This document shows positions 41,685 to 52,073 of a stretch of 64,000 bases of DNA, in pieces (position 1 is the stretch's first letter; every line of letters begins with the position of its first letter). Both the position numbers and the translations under genes were made by a program. The stretch comes from Clostridiales bacterium (GTDB taxonomy: Bacteria; Bacillota; Clostridia; Saccharofermentanales; DTU023). The stretch is from the NCBI GenBank assembly GCA_004556925.1, contig SFFI01000009.1, positions 11,332 through 75,331 of the forward strand, read 5' to 3'. The notes below the pieces were generated by a model. It did no database searches. It saw nothing but the letters and a program-made list of their open reading frames with translations, and was not told the origin of the DNA.

Positions 41685-43552
41685 TGCCTGCCTTCCCTGA
41701 TATCCACTCTCCTCAAGACATTAAAGCCTATTCTATCCCAGAGCTTGAAGACTTGGCCGCTGCCTGCCGGGCTGAGATCATCCAGGCGGTAGCGCAGAAT
41801 GGCGGCCATCTGGCTTCAAATTTAGGTACGGTCGAATTAACCCTCGCCTTGGCCAAGGTTTTCAATTTTGGGCCGGATGGGGATAGGCTGATCTTTGATG
41901 TGGGCCACCAATGCTATACCTGGAAGCTATTGACAGGCCGGGTGGAGGGCTTTGCCTACTTGAGGCAGCAAGATGGGCTGGCAGGTTTTCCCAAGCTCAG
42001 TGAATCGCCCTTCGATTATTACAATGCTGGGCACTCTTCAGATGCTATCTCTATTGCGCTTGGCTACCAGCGAGCCGACCGCATCCAAGGGCGGACACGA
42101 CAAAATATTGCCTTCGTAGGAGATGGCGGCTTGACGGGTGGGGTAAGTTATGAGGCCATAAATGATGCAGGCCAAAAGCAAGATCCCATTAAAGTTGTCT
42201 TAAATGACAATCAAATGTCTATCGACCACAATGTGGGCGGTCTATCCCAACATCTAGAGAAACTCCGGGTATCACAATCCTATCGCAACTTAAAGGGTAA
42301 GGTTAGTGGCCGTTTAAGCCCTCAAAGTCTTGTGCGTTTGAGCTTAAACAATATGAAAAAAGCCTTTCGCCTGCGTCTCCACCAAAGCTCTGCTTTTTTT
42401 GAAGCCTTGGGCTTCCGTTATTACGGGCCAGTAGATGGACACGACCTAGATGCCCTCTTGCAATCGCTTAAGGCCTTACAAGAGTCTCCCCACCCTACAG
42501 TCCTACATGTGATCACCCAAAAGGGGCGGGGCTATAGCTTTGCAGAGCAAGATCCCGCCTCCTACCATGGCGTTGGCAGTTTTGAGATCGCAGAAGGCTT
42601 CATCAAGCCTGAGGGCCCGCAATATACCTTCTCTGCCTGTCTATCACGTAAATTAGTGCAACTGGGGTCTAGAGATAAGCGGGTTTGTGCCATTACTGCA
42701 GCAATGGCACAAGGGACCGGTTTAGCAGATTTCGCCACAGCCTTTCCAGACCGCTTTTTCGATGTGGGCATTGCAGAGCAGCATGCGGCCAGCCTGGCAG
42801 CAGGTCTTGCTTTGGGTGGGCTCCGGCCCTTTGCAGCTCTCTACTCTACTTTTAGCCAGAGAGCAGTCGACCAGATCCTCCATGATATTTGCCTGCAGAA
42901 TCTTGGCGTCACCTTGCTCTTGGATCGGTCTGGTTTGGTCGGCAATGATGGGGAAACCCACCAGGGGCTTTACGATACCGCTATCTTTCAAGGCTTTCCC
43001 AACCTCCAGCTTTTTGCCCCGGCAGACAGCCAAGACTTAGACCTCATCCTGGACTATGCCCTGTCCCAGGATGGTCCCGTGATGGTGCGTTATCCCAAGG
43101 CCCAAGCCAAGCCGGATCTTGAATTAGCAGCCGGGCAGAGACATATTCTTTCCGCTAGGCAATTGAGCCAGGGGACAGACTACACGGTCTTGGTCTTTGG
43201 CAGCCTTGCCGCCCTCGCCCTGTCCGCAACCAGGGCGCTGGCAGACCAGGGCGGTCCTCAAGCGGATGTCTTCTCTCTGGTCTGCGGCAAAAGGGCAGAC
43301 TTGGCCGCTGTCAAGCGTTCCTTGGCCAAGACGAAACACTTAGTGATTCTGGAGGAAGCCCTTGGCTCGTATGGCTTTGCCGGCCAGGCCCTGATTGATT
43401 TAGCTTGTCTAGAACACAACTTTTCTTATAAAATTATTTCCGTACAAGATCCCTTGAGAGGCCAGGCGGGACGTGGTGAGCTCTTACAGGCAGAAGGCTT
43501 GGATGTATCCGGCTTGGCCCAGCAAATACAAAGCTATCTTGAGAAGAACTGA
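41681..43552 (+). CDS. dxs: 1-deoxy-D-xylulose-5-phosphate synthase
   Basis: GGHLASNLGTVELT, FDVGHQCY, GDGGLTGG and IAEQHA motifs. 623 aa. Confidence 0.95.
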   Translation: MMPAFPDIHSPQDIKAYSIPELEDLAAACRAEIIQAVAQNGGHLASNLGTVELTLALAKVFNFGPDGDRLIFDVGHQCYTWKLLTGRVEGFAYLRQQDGLAGFPKLSESPFDYYNAGHSSDAISIALGYQRADRIQGRTRQNIAFVGDGGLTGGVSYEAINDAGQKQDPIKVVLNDNQMSIDHNVGGLSQHLEKLRVSQSYRNLKGKVSGRLSPQSLVRLSLNNMKKAFRLRLHQSSAFFEALGFRYYGPVDGHDLDALLQSLKALQESPHPTVLHVITQKGRGYSFAEQDPASYHGVGSFEIAEGFIKPEGPQYTFSACLSRKLVQLGSRDKRVCAITAAMAQGTGLADFATAFPDRFFDVGIAEQHAASLAAGLALGGLRPFAALYSTFSQRAVDQILHDICLQNLGVTLLLDRSGLVGNDGETHQGLYDTAIFQGFPNLQLFAPADSQDLDLILDYALSQDGPVMVRYPKAQAKPDLELAAGQRHILSARQLSQGTDYTVLVFGSLAALALSATRALADQGGPQADVFSLVCGKRADLAAVKRSLAKTKHLVILEEALGSYGFAGQALIDLACLEHNFSYKIISVQDPLRGQAGRGELLQAEGLDVSGLAQQIQSYLEKN

Positions 43553-43562
43553 GGGGTGTTTT

Positions 43563-44375
43563 ATGCGCGTAGGCCTCTATGCTAATCCCGAACGTGATCG
43601 TGGTTTTCGCTACCGCAAGCAGCTATCTGACCTCTTTAAGGCTAAAGGGGTTGAAGTCGTCACCGACCCTGGGGATTTCGACCGTGCAGACCTCCTGGTT
43701 TCCTTAGGCGGAGATGGTACTTTTCTCAGCCTAGCCCACTTTGAGACAGCCTATGATAAGCCTTGTGTAGGGGTGAATTTAGGCTCGGTTGGCTTCTTGA
43801 CAGAAATTGAGCCGGACCATCTGGCTCAGGCTGTGGAGCAAATTTACCGGGGCCAATATGAGCTGGATGAAAGACTCATGCTGTCTATGCAAGTTTTAGA
43901 TGACCAGGGGCAGGTTTTGAAAACCCAGGAAGCCCTGAATGATGTTGTCATTATGCGGTTGGCAGGGGGGAGAATTGTTACTGTAGATTTTTCGATCAAT
44001 GCCAGCCCCGTAGAGCGCATTCCTGGGGATGGTCTGATTATCTCTACGCCTACTGGTTCTACCGCCTATTCCTTAGCAGCGGGTGGCCCCATTGTACACC
44101 CCGCCATGGATGTAATTTTAATCACACCCATTTGCCCCCATACTCTGCATAATCGTAGCTATTTAGCACCGGGAGATGCTACAATTGAACTTAGATTGAG
44201 TGATGATTGTTCTTCCGCCATGGTTTCAGCCGATGGAAAACAATCCATTAAAATTGAACAGGGAACAATAAAAATACAAAAATCACGCAGGGCTTTTAAA
44301 ATCCTCCGCCTGGGAGGTGACCGTTTTTACCAGGTCCTGCCGCAGAAGATCCAAGAAAGGGGAATGCTCAGATGA
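43563..44375 (+). CDS. nadK: NAD kinase
   Basis: SLGGDGTFL, GFLTE, NDVVI and STPTGSTAYSLAAGGPI motifs. Confidence 0.9.
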   Translation: MRVGLYANPERDRGFRYRKQLSDLFKAKGVEVVTDPGDFDRADLLVSLGGDGTFLSLAHFETAYDKPCVGVNLGSVGFLTEIEPDHLAQAVEQIYRGQYELDERLMLSMQVLDDQGQVLKTQEALNDVVIMRLAGGRIVTVDFSINASPVERIPGDGLIISTPTGSTAYSLAAGGPIVHPAMDVILITPICPHTLHNRSYLAPGDATIELRLSDDCSSAMVSADGKQSIKIEQGTIKIQKSRRAFKILRLGGDRFYQVLPQKIQERGMLR

Positions 44376-44854
44376 GAAATGCTAAAAATCCACGTCAATC
44401 CCGTATCCTTCAGATTGTGAAAAGCCAAAACATTTCTACCCAAGGCGACCTGGTAGAAGCCCTCAAAGAAGCCGGTATGCTTGTCACGCAGGCTACCGTT
44501 TCTAGAGATATCAAGGAGCTGGGTATTATTAAGGTGACCACAGCAAGTGGCGAACTCAAATATGTACCCATGGCTCAAACTGGCGAAGGGGCCTCTGGCC
44601 GCTTTATGAAGGTCTTCCGTGAGGCCGTTACCTCTATCCATACTGCCGACGCCCTAGTTATCATTAAGACCCTCCCCGGTATGGCACAAGCGGCTGCTTC
44701 GGCTCTGGACTCCATGCATTTGGAGGCCCTCATTGGCACTATTGCTGGTGATGACACCATTTTTGTGGCGACTCCCAGTAAGCAAGACGCTGATGAAATG
44801 AAAGACCACCTGGTTACGGTATCGCAGATTGATCCGGAACTGCCCGGACACTAA
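44372..44854 (+). CDS. argR: Arginine repressor
   Basis: RQSRILQIV...TQGDLVEAL...TQATVSRDIKELG and C-terminal GTIAGDDTIFV. Confidence 0.9.
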   Translation: MRNAKNPRQSRILQIVKSQNISTQGDLVEALKEAGMLVTQATVSRDIKELGIIKVTTASGELKYVPMAQTGEGASGRFMKVFREAVTSIHTADALVIIKTLPGMAQAAASALDSMHLEALIGTIAGDDTIFVATPSKQDADEMKDHLVTVSQIDPELPGH

Positions 44855-44856
44855 AG

Positions 44857-46569
44857 ATGGGGATGCTCCTAGAGCTCACGATCTGTAATTTTGCCCTCAT
44901 TCCAGAGCTACTAGTCCGGCTAGATGAGGGCTTAACCATTATTTCTGGAGAAACGGGGGCCGGTAAGTCCGTTTTTTTGGATGCTCTGGCCTTTATTGGT
45001 GGCCAAAGAGCCAGCCGTGACTTGGTACGTAAACCTGCGGAGAAAGCCCAGGTCTACGCCTTATTTCAAGATGTTTACCCCCTCTTGCCTTCCGACCTCC
45101 TTTCTCGCCTCGACCTAAGCCAGGAAGAGATCACAGGCCATGAGCTCCTGCTCTATCGTGAAATAGACAACAAGGGTCGGTCTGTGGCTAAGGTTAATGG
45201 CCGTCCGGTTACCGTCTCCCTGTTGCGGGAACTGGGGAACTGCCTTTTTAATTTACATGCGCAAAATGAGCAGATCTCCCTTTTTGACCCACATAAGCAA
45301 GCCGAAATTTTAGATGCCTACTGCCCGGAGCCTTTGGCGGCATACAAGTTGCAATGGGCCGCCTTGCGCGACCAGCGCATTCAGCAGCTTAAATCTCTAA
45401 AGGAACTAGGCCTCAATCCTCAAGAGCGCGACCGTAAGCTGGACCTTCTTGACTATCAAATCCAAGAAATTTCCGCAGGCTTTATGAGTCAGGAAGACTT
45501 GCAGGAACTAGAGGCTAGCTTTCAAGAAATTAATGCCCTGGACCGCATACAGACCTACACCATTGAGGGTTTACAGGTCCTAGATCCTGACCAAGACCAT
45601 AGCGCGACGACTTTACTTTCCCGGGCTGCGGCCTCCCTGCAAAAGGCGGAGAAGTTCTCTCCTCGTCTCGGGCAAATGAACCAAGACCTGCAAAGGCTCA
45701 ATGACGATTTGCATGAGCAGACGCGGGAGCTCAAGTTATTTCTCCAGGAATTGGCAGCAAAGTCTGCGGATAGCCAGGAGATTCGGGCACGCATGGAGGC
45801 CTGGGACCGCCTGGACCAGAAATATGGCCCCGGTTGGGATAACGTTGCACGCTATTACCAAGAGGCTCAAGAAGAATATGCTTTCACCCGAGATTCAGAA
45901 AGCCACTTTCAGCAACTCCGCAGCGACCTGCAGAAGGGGCAAGCCCAGGCCGCAGACCTGGCCCAAGCCATGCATGAGATTAGGGTAGAGGCTGGGGCTA
46001 GATTATCTGCTGCCATCAAGTCTGTCCTTGCTGAACTTCAGATGCCTGGCGTGGATTTCCAGGTCCAAGTGGACATGGCAGAACCCAGCGATAAAAACTA
46101 TTGGGCCCCGGAGGGCCGGGACCGGGTGGAGTTTTTTATCTCTACCAACCAGGGGGAGGATCTACTCCCTTTAGCCAAAATTGCCTCGGGCGGGGAGGCT
46201 TCTAGAATCCTTTTGGCCATCAAATCCATCCTGGCCAATTTGGATCAGATTCCCCTCCTCATTTTTGACGAGATTGATGCGGGCATTTCTGGAGAAGCAG
46301 CCCACAAGTTAGGGGAAAAACTCCGTGAATTAGGGCTTCAGCACCAAGTAATTGCAGTCACGCATACGGCGCAAATTGCCGCTATGGCTGACCAACATTT
46401 ATATATTTACAAGGAACTGGAGGGAGACCGGACGGCCACCAAGCTGCAAGCCCTAGACTTAAAGGGTCGGCAAGTGGAGCTGGCCAGGTTATTGACAGGT
46501 TCCTCCCAGGACGAAAAGGCCCTTGCACTTGCGAGTACACTTTTGCAACCCTACAATAGAGGTAATTAG
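44857..46569 (+). CDS. recN: DNA repair protein RecN
   Basis: N-terminal SGETGAGKS Walker A, long coiled coil, C-terminal ASGGEASRILLA and LIFDEIDAGISG. Confidence 0.95.
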   Translation: MGMLLELTICNFALIPELLVRLDEGLTIISGETGAGKSVFLDALAFIGGQRASRDLVRKPAEKAQVYALFQDVYPLLPSDLLSRLDLSQEEITGHELLLYREIDNKGRSVAKVNGRPVTVSLLRELGNCLFNLHAQNEQISLFDPHKQAEILDAYCPEPLAAYKLQWAALRDQRIQQLKSLKELGLNPQERDRKLDLLDYQIQEISAGFMSQEDLQELEASFQEINALDRIQTYTIEGLQVLDPDQDHSATTLLSRAAASLQKAEKFSPRLGQMNQDLQRLNDDLHEQTRELKLFLQELAAKSADSQEIRARMEAWDRLDQKYGPGWDNVARYYQEAQEEYAFTRDSESHFQQLRSDLQKGQAQAADLAQAMHEIRVEAGARLSAAIKSVLAELQMPGVDFQVQVDMAEPSDKNYWAPEGRDRVEFFISTNQGEDLLPLAKIASGGEASRILLAIKSILANLDQIPLLIFDEIDAGISGEAAHKLGEKLRELGLQHQVIAVTHTAQIAAMADQHLYIYKELEGDRTATKLQALDLKGRQVELARLLTGSSQDEKALALASTLLQPYNRGN

Positions 46570-46587
46570 ATTTCTCAGGAGGAAAAC

Positions 46588-48111
46588 ATGGGAAGTATTC
46601 TAGCTTTGAACGGCCGCGACTTAACTATTGAAGATATCGTGGCCGTTAGTCGTCATGGCCAAAAGGTGGCCATTAGTCCTGACTCGCAGGAAAAAATCCT
46701 GGCCTCTGAAGGCATTGTGGCTGACATCGTCGCCTCCCACGCGCCTGTCTATGGTGTATCTACAGGCTATGGTGAATTTTCTACGGTCCGCATTAGTGAA
46801 GAAGAGAACAAGACGCTTCAGCGCAATCTCATTCTGAGCCACGCTTGCGGTGTGGGTGAGCCCTTCAAGGAAGATGAGGTCCGCGCCATTATGCTCCTGC
46901 GTCTTAATACCCTGTGTTCTGGATATTCTGGAGTCAGCCATGAGGTCCCTGCCATCCTGGTAGACATGCTGAATGAGAATATTATTCCCTATATTCCTAA
47001 AAAAGGTTCCTTAGGCGCTTCGGGCGATTTAGCCAACTTAGCCCACATGGCCCTGACCATGCTGGGAGAGGGCGAAGTTATGGACCAGGGCAAACGCCGG
47101 CCCTCTGCTGAGGTGCTCAAGGAAAAAGGCCTGACCCCTGTCACCCTCAAGGGCAAGGATGGTTTAGCTATTATTAACGGCACGCCAGTTATGACTGGAT
47201 TAGGGGTGCTGGCACTTTACGATGCCGAGAGACTCCTCCGTGCTGCCAACCAAGCGGCTGCCCTTTCTTTTGAAGCTCTTATGGGGATTACAGCAGCCTT
47301 AGACCCCAGAGTGCACGCAGTTAGGCCCCACCCTGGCCAAATGGCCACTGCAGCTTACCTCCGCAAAATGCTAGAGGGTTCTTCCTCGGTTAACCAGCGC
47401 GAAGGTGATGTGCAGGATGCCTACACACTGCGCTGCGTACCACAAGTCCATGGTGCAGTTACGGATGCCCTGGCTCAGATTCGTCAAGTCCTGGAGATTG
47501 AGATCAATGCGGTTACGGATAACCCCTTAGTTTTTCCTGACAACCATGACGTGATTTCTGGCGGTAACTTCCATGGTGAGCCCCTTGCCTTGCAACTAGA
47601 CTTCCTTGCCATTGCAGTAGCCGAGCTAGCTGATATTTCTGAACGCCGGATTGAGCGTTTGGTTAATCCTCAGCTGAACTATGGTTTGCCTGCCTTCTTG
47701 GTGGAAAAAGGCGGAGTCAACTCGGGCTTTATGATTCCCCAATACACAGCAGCCAGCCTGGTTTCAGAAAATAAGATTTTGGCGCATCCTGCTTCAGTCG
47801 ACTCCATTCCTTCATCTGCTAATAAGGAAGATCATGTTTCCATGGGGGCCAATGCTGCCCGCAAGGTCGGCGAGATAATAAAAAATGTCAGAGACGTTCT
47901 GGCTATTGAGTGGCTGGTGGCAGCCCAAGCCTGTGACCTAAGAGGGGTCAAGCAATTTGGCCAAGGCACTGGGCAGGTTTATAAAGAAGTCCGTGAACTC
48001 GTAAGCTTCTACGATGAAGACCGGGTTATGTACCCGGCTATGCATGCCCTAGCACATCTTCTGGAAGAGGGCAGTGTCCTAGACCGCGTAGAAGCGCAAT
48101 TAGCTGACTAA
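46588..48111 (+). CDS. hutH: Histidine ammonia-lyase
   Basis: GSLGASGDLANLAH (Ala-Ser-Gly MIO triad), YGVSTGYGEF. 507 aa. Confidence 0.95.
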   Translation: MGSILALNGRDLTIEDIVAVSRHGQKVAISPDSQEKILASEGIVADIVASHAPVYGVSTGYGEFSTVRISEEENKTLQRNLILSHACGVGEPFKEDEVRAIMLLRLNTLCSGYSGVSHEVPAILVDMLNENIIPYIPKKGSLGASGDLANLAHMALTMLGEGEVMDQGKRRPSAEVLKEKGLTPVTLKGKDGLAIINGTPVMTGLGVLALYDAERLLRAANQAAALSFEALMGITAALDPRVHAVRPHPGQMATAAYLRKMLEGSSSVNQREGDVQDAYTLRCVPQVHGAVTDALAQIRQVLEIEINAVTDNPLVFPDNHDVISGGNFHGEPLALQLDFLAIAVAELADISERRIERLVNPQLNYGLPAFLVEKGGVNSGFMIPQYTAASLVSENKILAHPASVDSIPSSANKEDHVSMGANAARKVGEIIKNVRDVLAIEWLVAAQACDLRGVKQFGQGTGQVYKEVRELVSFYDEDRVMYPAMHALAHLLEEGSVLDRVEAQLAD

Positions 48112-48177
48112 GTGAGTCATTATGGCGTAGGCTTGGGGTAAAACACCCCCTGGCTTGCCCAGAAAGAAAGGTATGAT

Positions 48178-49095
48178 ATGTCAAAAAAATTAATTGAATG
48201 TGTCCCTAACTTCTCCAATGGCCGGGACCCGGAGGTCCTGCAGAAGATTATGGCCCCCTTTTTCGCGGCTCAGGACGTACAGGTTCTAGATTATAGCCAA
48301 GATAAGGACCATAACCGTGCAGTCGTAACCCTGGTTGGGACACCGGAAGATCTTGAAAATTCTGTGGTGGAGGCTGTGGGTATAGCGGCTCAGCTGATTG
48401 ACCTGCGCAAACACCAAGGTGAGCACCCCCGTATGGGCGCTACGGACGTCGTCCCCTTTGTCCCCATCCGCAACGCCAGCGTGCAGGACTGCATAGAGCT
48501 TTCTAAACGTGTAGGAGAGAGGATTGCTAAAGAACACCATATCCCCGTTTACCTCTACGAAGAATCGGCAACTGACCCCTCCCGCGTTAACCTGGCCCAT
48601 ATCCGCAAGGGACAATTTGAAGGTTTTGCGGAAAAGATTAAAGAAGCTGAATGGAAACCGGATTACGGAGAAGCCGAAATCCATCCCTCTGCCGGTGTCG
48701 TGGCTGTGGGTGCCCGAGAATTCCTGGTAGCCTACAACATTAACCTAGACACAGATAAGCTAGAAATTGCAGATGCCATTGCCCGCAAGGTTCGGCACAT
48801 CGGCGGTGGTTTTAGGTTCGTAAAGGGTATGGGGGTTGAACTCTCCGACCGTAATCAAGTGCAGGTCTCTATGAACCTTACCAATTTTCACAAATCACAT
48901 ATTTACCAAGTTTTTGAGACTGTCAAGATGGAAGCCCGCCGCTATGGTGTCAACGTGGTTGGTTCTGAGATAATCGGACTTGTGCCCCTGGCTGCTCTCG
49001 TGGATACCGCTAATTATTACCTACAACTGGAAGACTTTGGCCTAGACCAAGTGATTGAAGCCCGGCTGTTGGGAGATAGCTCCAATGAAGAATAA
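48178..49095 (+). CDS. Glutamate formimidoyltransferase
   Basis: LIECVPNFSNGRD, DKDHNRAV and HPRMGATDV motifs. 305 aa. Confidence 0.9.
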   Translation: MSKKLIECVPNFSNGRDPEVLQKIMAPFFAAQDVQVLDYSQDKDHNRAVVTLVGTPEDLENSVVEAVGIAAQLIDLRKHQGEHPRMGATDVVPFVPIRNASVQDCIELSKRVGERIAKEHHIPVYLYEESATDPSRVNLAHIRKGQFEGFAEKIKEAEWKPDYGEAEIHPSAGVVAVGAREFLVAYNINLDTDKLEIADAIARKVRHIGGGFRFVKGMGVELSDRNQVQVSMNLTNFHKSHIYQVFETVKMEARRYGVNVVGSEIIGLVPLAALVDTANYYLQLEDFGLDQVIEARLLGDSSNEE

Positions 49096-50344
49096 ACAAG
49101 TCTTACTTTCTCACTCTATCTATACTGCGGTAGATGGCCAGGAGCTTGTGGATGGCTATCTTGTCATTGAAGATGGCAAGATAGCTAAACTTTCAGCAGG
49201 CGAGCCCTCGGCAGCAGAATTGCGGGAAGCCCAGCTGCATGATTTCCGTGGCAGGACGATTACGCCAGGCCTTGTAGATGCCCATACCCATCTGGTCCAC
49301 GGCGGTTCCCGGGAAAAAGAGCTGGCCCTTAAATTGGCGGGTGCTTCCTACATGGAAATTCACGAAGAGGGTGGTATTAAATCCACTATGCGGGCCACAC
49401 GCGCAGCAACGGATGAGGAACTTCTTGATAAAGCCCTCACAGCCCTGGCTTCCATGTTAAAACACGGCACAACCACGGTAGAGGCCAAGTCTGGCTATGG
49501 ATTGGATAAGGACACCGAACTGCGTATCTTGCGGATTAACCAAGCCTTGGATAAACTCCAGGCCTTGGATGTTGTTTCCACTTATATGGGGGCCCATGAC
49601 ACGCCGCCGGAATTTGCAGATAATGCTTCCTACATCAAGTTTATGTTGGAAGAGGTGATGCCCCAGGTGAAAGCCGAGAATTTGGCCGAATTCTGTGACA
49701 TCTTCTGCGAAGAGGGTATCTTTTCTTTGGAGGAAACTCGAGAGATCGGTGAAGCTGCCCAAAAAATGGGCTTCAAGCTCAAAATTCATGCCGATGAAAT
49801 TGAGCCCATGGGAGGGGCAGGTTTGGCCGCCGACCTGGGTGCCGTTTCTTCAGAGCACCTGATGGCTATTGCGGAGTCTGACATCCCCAAAATGGCGGAG
49901 TCTGGCACAGTGGCCGTGCTCTTACCGGCGACCAGCTTTTTCCTTCGGTCGGAGAACTTTGCCCCAGCTAAAGAGATGTGGGACCAGGGGGTTACGGTAG
50001 CCATCGCCTCTGATTACAATCCTGGCTCTTCACCTTGTGAAAATTTACAAATGGCCATGGATATGGCTTGTTTGGGTATGGGCCTAGAACCCCTACAAAT
50101 CTTAAAAGGCGTTACCCTCAATGCGGCCAAGGCGATTTGCCGCGACCAGGAGATCGGTAGCCTGGAAGTAGGGAAAAGAGCAGACTTAACCGTCTTTAAC
50201 GCCCCCAATCCTAATTATATTTTCTATCACTTTGGTGTAAACAGCGTGACCCATGTGTTCAAAGATGGGCTACAAGTCTTACGTGATGGCCAGATAAACC
50301 AAGCCGCTTTGCAGCGTGTCATCCGCGCTAAAAGCCACAAATAA
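49085..50344 (+). CDS. hutI: Imidazolonepropionase
   Basis: PGLVDAHTHLV, KIHADE and ASDYNPGSSP motifs. ATG at 49085. Confidence 0.9.
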   Translation: MKNKQVLLSHSIYTAVDGQELVDGYLVIEDGKIAKLSAGEPSAAELREAQLHDFRGRTITPGLVDAHTHLVHGGSREKELALKLAGASYMEIHEEGGIKSTMRATRAATDEELLDKALTALASMLKHGTTTVEAKSGYGLDKDTELRILRINQALDKLQALDVVSTYMGAHDTPPEFADNASYIKFMLEEVMPQVKAENLAEFCDIFCEEGIFSLEETREIGEAAQKMGFKLKIHADEIEPMGGAGLAADLGAVSSEHLMAIAESDIPKMAESGTVAVLLPATSFFLRSENFAPAKEMWDQGVTVAIASDYNPGSSPCENLQMAMDMACLGMGLEPLQILKGVTLNAAKAICRDQEIGSLEVGKRADLTVFNAPNPNYIFYHFGVNSVTHVFKDGLQVLRDGQINQAALQRVIRAKSHK

Positions 50345-50402
50345 GTAACTGCCAGCCCAGCTGGAAATCTAAAAAACGGACTCTGTCCCAAATGAGGTAC
50401 AT

Positions 50403-51050
50403 ATGGAAAAGAAAATGATTGACATGGACTTACGTGAAGTCCTCGCCCTGACTGCCAGTGATGCGCCTGCCCCGGGTGGCGGTGCCATTGCTGCCCTGAC
50501 TGCTGCTTTGGGCGCTGCCCTTGGCCAGATGGTCTTAGCCTTGTCTTATGGCAAGAAAGCTTTTGAAAGCCTGGATGAAGAGACTAAGATCTCTCTGAAG
50601 GAGGAAGACGCACAATTAGCCAAGCTGCAGGACCGCCTGTTTAACCTGATGCAGGAAGATACGGATGCTTTTACAGGTTACATGGATGCCCTCCGCAAGC
50701 CCAAGCAAACAGAAGAGGAGCAAAAAGCACGTCGGGCTGCCCTGGACGAATGTGCCCTGCACTCCATGCGGGTTCCTCTGGAAACCGCTGAACGCTGCCT
50801 GGCTGTCCTGCAATGCTTGCCGCAGATTGCCCAGCACGGCAATAAGAATGCCGTTACCGACGCCGGCGTAGCAGCTCTCTTGGCCAATGCCGCCTGTGAA
50901 GCAGCCCTGCTCAATGTCAAGATTAACCTCCCTACAATTAAGGACGAGGACATTGCGGGCAAAGCAGCAAAACGTTCGGAAGAATTGCTCAAGGCCTGTA
51001 AGGACCTGAATGCCGAAGTGCTAGAAATTGTCTACGGCAAACTCGCCTAG
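50403..51050 (+). CDS. Formimidoyltetrahydrofolate cyclodeaminase-family protein
   Basis: SDAPAPGGGAIAALTAALGAAL and NKNAVTDAGVAALLA motifs of the FTCD C-terminal type. Confidence 0.8.
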   Translation: MEKKMIDMDLREVLALTASDAPAPGGGAIAALTAALGAALGQMVLALSYGKKAFESLDEETKISLKEEDAQLAKLQDRLFNLMQEDTDAFTGYMDALRKPKQTEEEQKARRAALDECALHSMRVPLETAERCLAVLQCLPQIAQHGNKNAVTDAGVAALLANAACEAALLNVKINLPTIKDEDIAGKAAKRSEELLKACKDLNAEVLEIVYGKLA

Positions 51051-51063
51051 CTACATGATTTAA

Positions 51064-52005
51064 CTACAATTGAAGAAATTGGTAGCGGTTTAAAACCGCC
51101 TGCATATCTGGTGGGACCGGGTCGTCTAAGACGATCCGGTCTTCTGTATAGGGAAGGGGAAATTCTAAATGGTAGGCATGCAAGGCTTGTCTGCCTAGGT
51201 CCGCATCAAGAGCCTGGTTTAACCCATACATGGAATCCCCCAAAAGCGGGTGGCCCAGATAGTGGGTGTGTACCCTAATTTGGTGGGTGCGGCCGGTATA
51301 AAGCTGAAATTCAACCAGGCTGAGATCGGGCTCCTCAGCATGGGCCAAGACCCTATAACCGGTTTGGGCGGGCTTACCTTCACAGCTTACTTCCCGCTCC
51401 ATGATACTGTCTTGGGCTCTGGCAATCGGGGCGTCAATAATGCCCTCTGCCTGGTCCAGTTGGCCATGACAAATGCCCAGATATTTTTTGACCATCTTGC
51501 TTTGACTGAGCCGGTAATGGGTATAGGCATTGAGGGCAATGATCACAAGTCCTGTAGTATCTCGGTCTAAGCGCTGGACGGGGTGAAGGGCTTGATCAGA
51601 GATTAATCCGCAGAGGTCTACCAGCTGGGAATTCAAGGATTTATGTACCACTTGACCAGGCTTTTTGGACATGACCACAAGGTCCTTGTTCTGGAAAACT
51701 GGCTGCTGGTCCCTAGGGAAGTGGAGTTTGGGGGCTTCAAGATGGAGGTCTGCCAGGGCAAGGATGCAATCGCCTGCCTTTACGGGATACCACAACATGG
51801 CCTCTTCATGGTTTAAATAGGTTTTACCCTCCCAGCGCAAACGCTTGAGCATGCGCCGGGAAATTTGGAATTCTTCACGTAGGACATCGCGTATGGATTG
51901 GCCGGTGTATTTTTCTTCTACAATGTAGGCAAATTTTTGCAAATTTTTATCTCCCAAGTCCCTTATCCTGCCAGTTTTATAGCAGATTGCTTTAATTGAC
52001 ATCAA
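51064..52005 (-). CDS. RluA-family pseudouridine synthase with an S4-like N-terminus
   Basis: QRLDRDTTGLVIIA, GRTHQIRVH and YLGHPLLGD motifs. Confidence 0.85.
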   Translation of the reverse strand: MMSIKAICYKTGRIRDLGDKNLQKFAYIVEEKYTGQSIRDVLREEFQISRRMLKRLRWEGKTYLNHEEAMLWYPVKAGDCILALADLHLEAPKLHFPRDQQPVFQNKDLVVMSKKPGQVVHKSLNSQLVDLCGLISDQALHPVQRLDRDTTGLVIIALNAYTHYRLSQSKMVKKYLGICHGQLDQAEGIIDAPIARAQDSIMEREVSCEGKPAQTGYRVLAHAEEPDLSLVEFQLYTGRTHQIRVHTHYLGHPLLGDSMYGLNQALDADLGRQALHAYHLEFPLPYTEDRIVLDDPVPPDMQAVLNRYQFLQL

Positions 52006-52073
52006 CTAACAAGCACCATACAATATTAAGCGTACAAATCGTTCCTGTGCAACTTGAAAATTTAATATAGGAG

